Source: an uncultured bacterium (GTDB taxonomy: Bacteria > Omnitrophota > Gorgyraeia > Duberdicusellales > CBEUCJ01). From it: a DNA stretch of 64,000 bases. The position numbers were made by a program, and so were the translations under genes. The stretch's first letter is position 1; every line of letters starts with the position of its first letter. The notes beneath the pieces were generated by a model that ran no database searches, was not told where the DNA came from, and worked only from the letters and a program-made list of their open reading frames with translations. Shown one piece after another: positions 59,701 through 62,700 of this stretch. The DNA lies in contig CBEUCJ010000005.1 of assembly GCA_965541615.1 (NCBI GenBank), forward strand, positions 110,251 to 174,250. Direction: 5' to 3'.

Positions 59701-62700
59701 TTCTTCTTTTCTGAGAACGAGTATAGCTAAGTCTCCTCTATCAGGAGATGAGAGATGATGGTGCAAAAGTACTTTAGCTACACCTATCTTTTCTGAAAGG
59801 TGAGTATTAGTTTGAAGTAAAACATTTTTAACACCATAAACTACATGGGTACAGGTTAAAAGTATATACCAATCTCCAACTTCACCAGCTACAAAAGCAC
59901 TACCTCTCTTTTCAATCGTTAAAATACTCCTTGAAAATCCTCCATTTTGCTTTTCTTGTTTAGCCTGCATTTCTAATTTTTTGCATTCATTTTTGCATCG
60001 AGATAGTTTCTCTTCTAAATTAATCCTTACTTGAGTGAACTCAGCAGGATTATTAGTCTGGTATAAGATTTGTTTAAGGATAAAGATTATAGTATCAGGG
60101 TCTACTCCTGCTTTTTCGAGTATTTTGGAAAGACGAATAATCTCTTGAAATGTCTGTATATTTATACATCTCAAAACATTATTTAGCTTTTTAAGATACT
60201 TTTCTAAACTATTAACTATTTTTCTTAAATATGATGCAAACTCAAGCTCAATAATCCTAATAGGAGAACTACTCAGCATCTTACTAAAAGTTTCTAAGTA
60301 TCTTTCAAGATGTTTAGTTACAAGAAATTCTTTTCTTACCCTCTCTTGTGCTTCTTTTCCTATTTTTCTGGCTAACTCATTATCTTTAAAAAGTTGTAAG
60401 ATTTTAAATTTTGCTTCTTCTTTATTTTCTACTAAAAATCCACTTCTTCCATTTTCTATCTGAACTTTTATTCCTCCACAGTTTGTAGCTACAACTGGCT
60501 TTTTCTTCCACATAGCTTCAGTAACTACCAATCCGAACCCTTCTTTTTGTGCTAAATGCACCACCAAATAAGCTGCTCTCTGTAAAGCATTTACCTCTAA
60601 AGCATTTTCTTTTCCTTCACTTTTTAAGCGAAGAAGGTGAATATCTTCTTTAAATTCATATTCTTCTCTTAAAGATTTGAACATCTCAAAAATAAATAAT
60701 CCTTCAGCATCATCACGAGGGAAATTACTTGCCAACACCAGTTGACAATCTATATCCTTTCTAATCTCCTCAAATATTTTCATTGCAACTTCTTGACCTT
60801 TAAAAGGATCAAAACGAGAGACTTGAAGAATTATGGGTTTGTAAGGATTAATTTGATACTTTTCTAATACTCTTCTAATTAATTTTTGAGGAATCTCTTT
60901 ATTTTTGGGACTTAAAGGATTAATACTTGCAGGTATAATTACTATTTTCTCATTAGGCAAATCTTTTTGGACAAATTCTTCTGTATGAAAGACTACTTTA
61001 TCTGCTAAACTGACAAACTCATAGATAAATTTCCACACTTCTTTGTTAGGAGAAGATAAATCTATATGGCATCTCCAGATGATTTTAATATGAGGATACT
61101 TTTCTCTTATCAAAGGAATAATCCCTGCTGTCTGAGGATCATGGCAGATTACAATATCTAAATCTTTAAAAGCTCCTTTTTTCTCCAAGTTTTTAAATTC
61201 CCTCTGAGATATAATCTTATAGAATTCCTTCTCATCTTCACCAAGCTCTACTCTGTTTCCTTGTAGACCATTGTGAAGCTTCTTTTTAGTGAAATTAAAA
61301 AATTCACTGCTTCCTTCAAATACTTCCCAACTTGCTTTTATACCGACTTTGCCAAAAAGAGGAACAAGATTACCTAAAAGTTCAGCTACCCCTCCTCCTT
61401 CTTTGGTAGTATTTATGTGTAAGACTCTTAAACCTTTTAAATTTTTATATTTTTCTTTTAATCTTTGAATCTGCTTTTCTATATACAACCACTCATATAC
61501 ATTTCTTAAAGACACAAATACATCTTTTTTATCCAATTTATCTAATAGTCTTATTATTGAAGATGAAGAAACTTTTTTTGCTAAAGTAGTAGTTTTATTT
61601 ACATTTGAGTAATAATCTTTATCTAATTCAATTTTAAAAATTTCTAAAGCTATCAGATATTTTATTAATTCTTGAGGATACAATTTAAAATATTTGATGC
61701 TTTTAGATTGAGCTTCTTCTTCATTTAATCCTTTAATAAGGTGGGAAATTTCATGGAGAATAACATCATTAATGAGGGTTTGGAAGATTTGAGATTTTTC
61801 TGATTCCGGAGGTGGTGCTCTTGAAGCTAAACTTTCTAAAATCGCTATTTTTTGAGGTACAGTTACTATATCTGCCAATTTACCAGTTTTAGTCTTATCA
61901 ACTAAAATTACTAATTTTTTGGGAGCAATTGCTAGGTTAAACTTTTCAAAACTATTCTTTAAGTAATAATTGTAAAAGATTTTTTTCTGTTTGGAAGCAG
62001 GTTTTTGGTAAGGTTCTTTTAACCTTGCTGGATACTCAAATTGCACATGTTTTAATTCTTTTTCTAAATCCTTTTTCTTTCCAAAGCAAGCTATAACTTC
62101 TTCAGTTAAAAACCAAGCCAAAATCCAGAACTTTATTAATGAAGGTTTTAGTGCTTTTGTTCCTTTAATCTGCAAATCTATAAATTCTTCACTTCCTGCT
62201 TCCTCAGCTGTTCCTGGCAAGAAGAATGCCAAATCTACATCTAATTCTGGGTTTTCTAAAGCAGTTATAACCACAATTTTTGCCTTTGCTTTTTTAGCAG
62301 TCTCTATTAATTTTTTGATTCTCATCTTGCGAGAAGAAACACCAATAATTATTACTAAATCACCTTTTTCTATTCTTGCCTGAACATGTCTTGCACCTGC
62401 AACAGTTGCGATAATTCCTAACTGCTTAAGACGAGTCATAAAAGATAAAGCTACTTGATGGGACACTCCATCACCCAAAATATAAACTTTAGAAAAAGAT
62501 GTAGGCTTAAAAAGAAGTTTAAATCTCTTAAAAATAGGAGGATTTCCAATCTTTTTTAACATCTTGTAGAACTTTTCTATTTTTTCTTTTGTTACTTCCT
62601 TTCTAAATTCTTCACTTCCTGTGATTTGTATGGCTTCTAAATGGGTTAATATATAATTCTTTAATGTTTTAAATACCTCTTCTTCAGTTTTACATTCATT

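Noticed and set aside
61741-61755. HEISH (HExxH) in the SIS-domain module as an additional metalloprotease site
   Set aside because: It is an isolated pentapeptide without a downstream third zinc ligand or a protease-like context, so it is probably a chance match.
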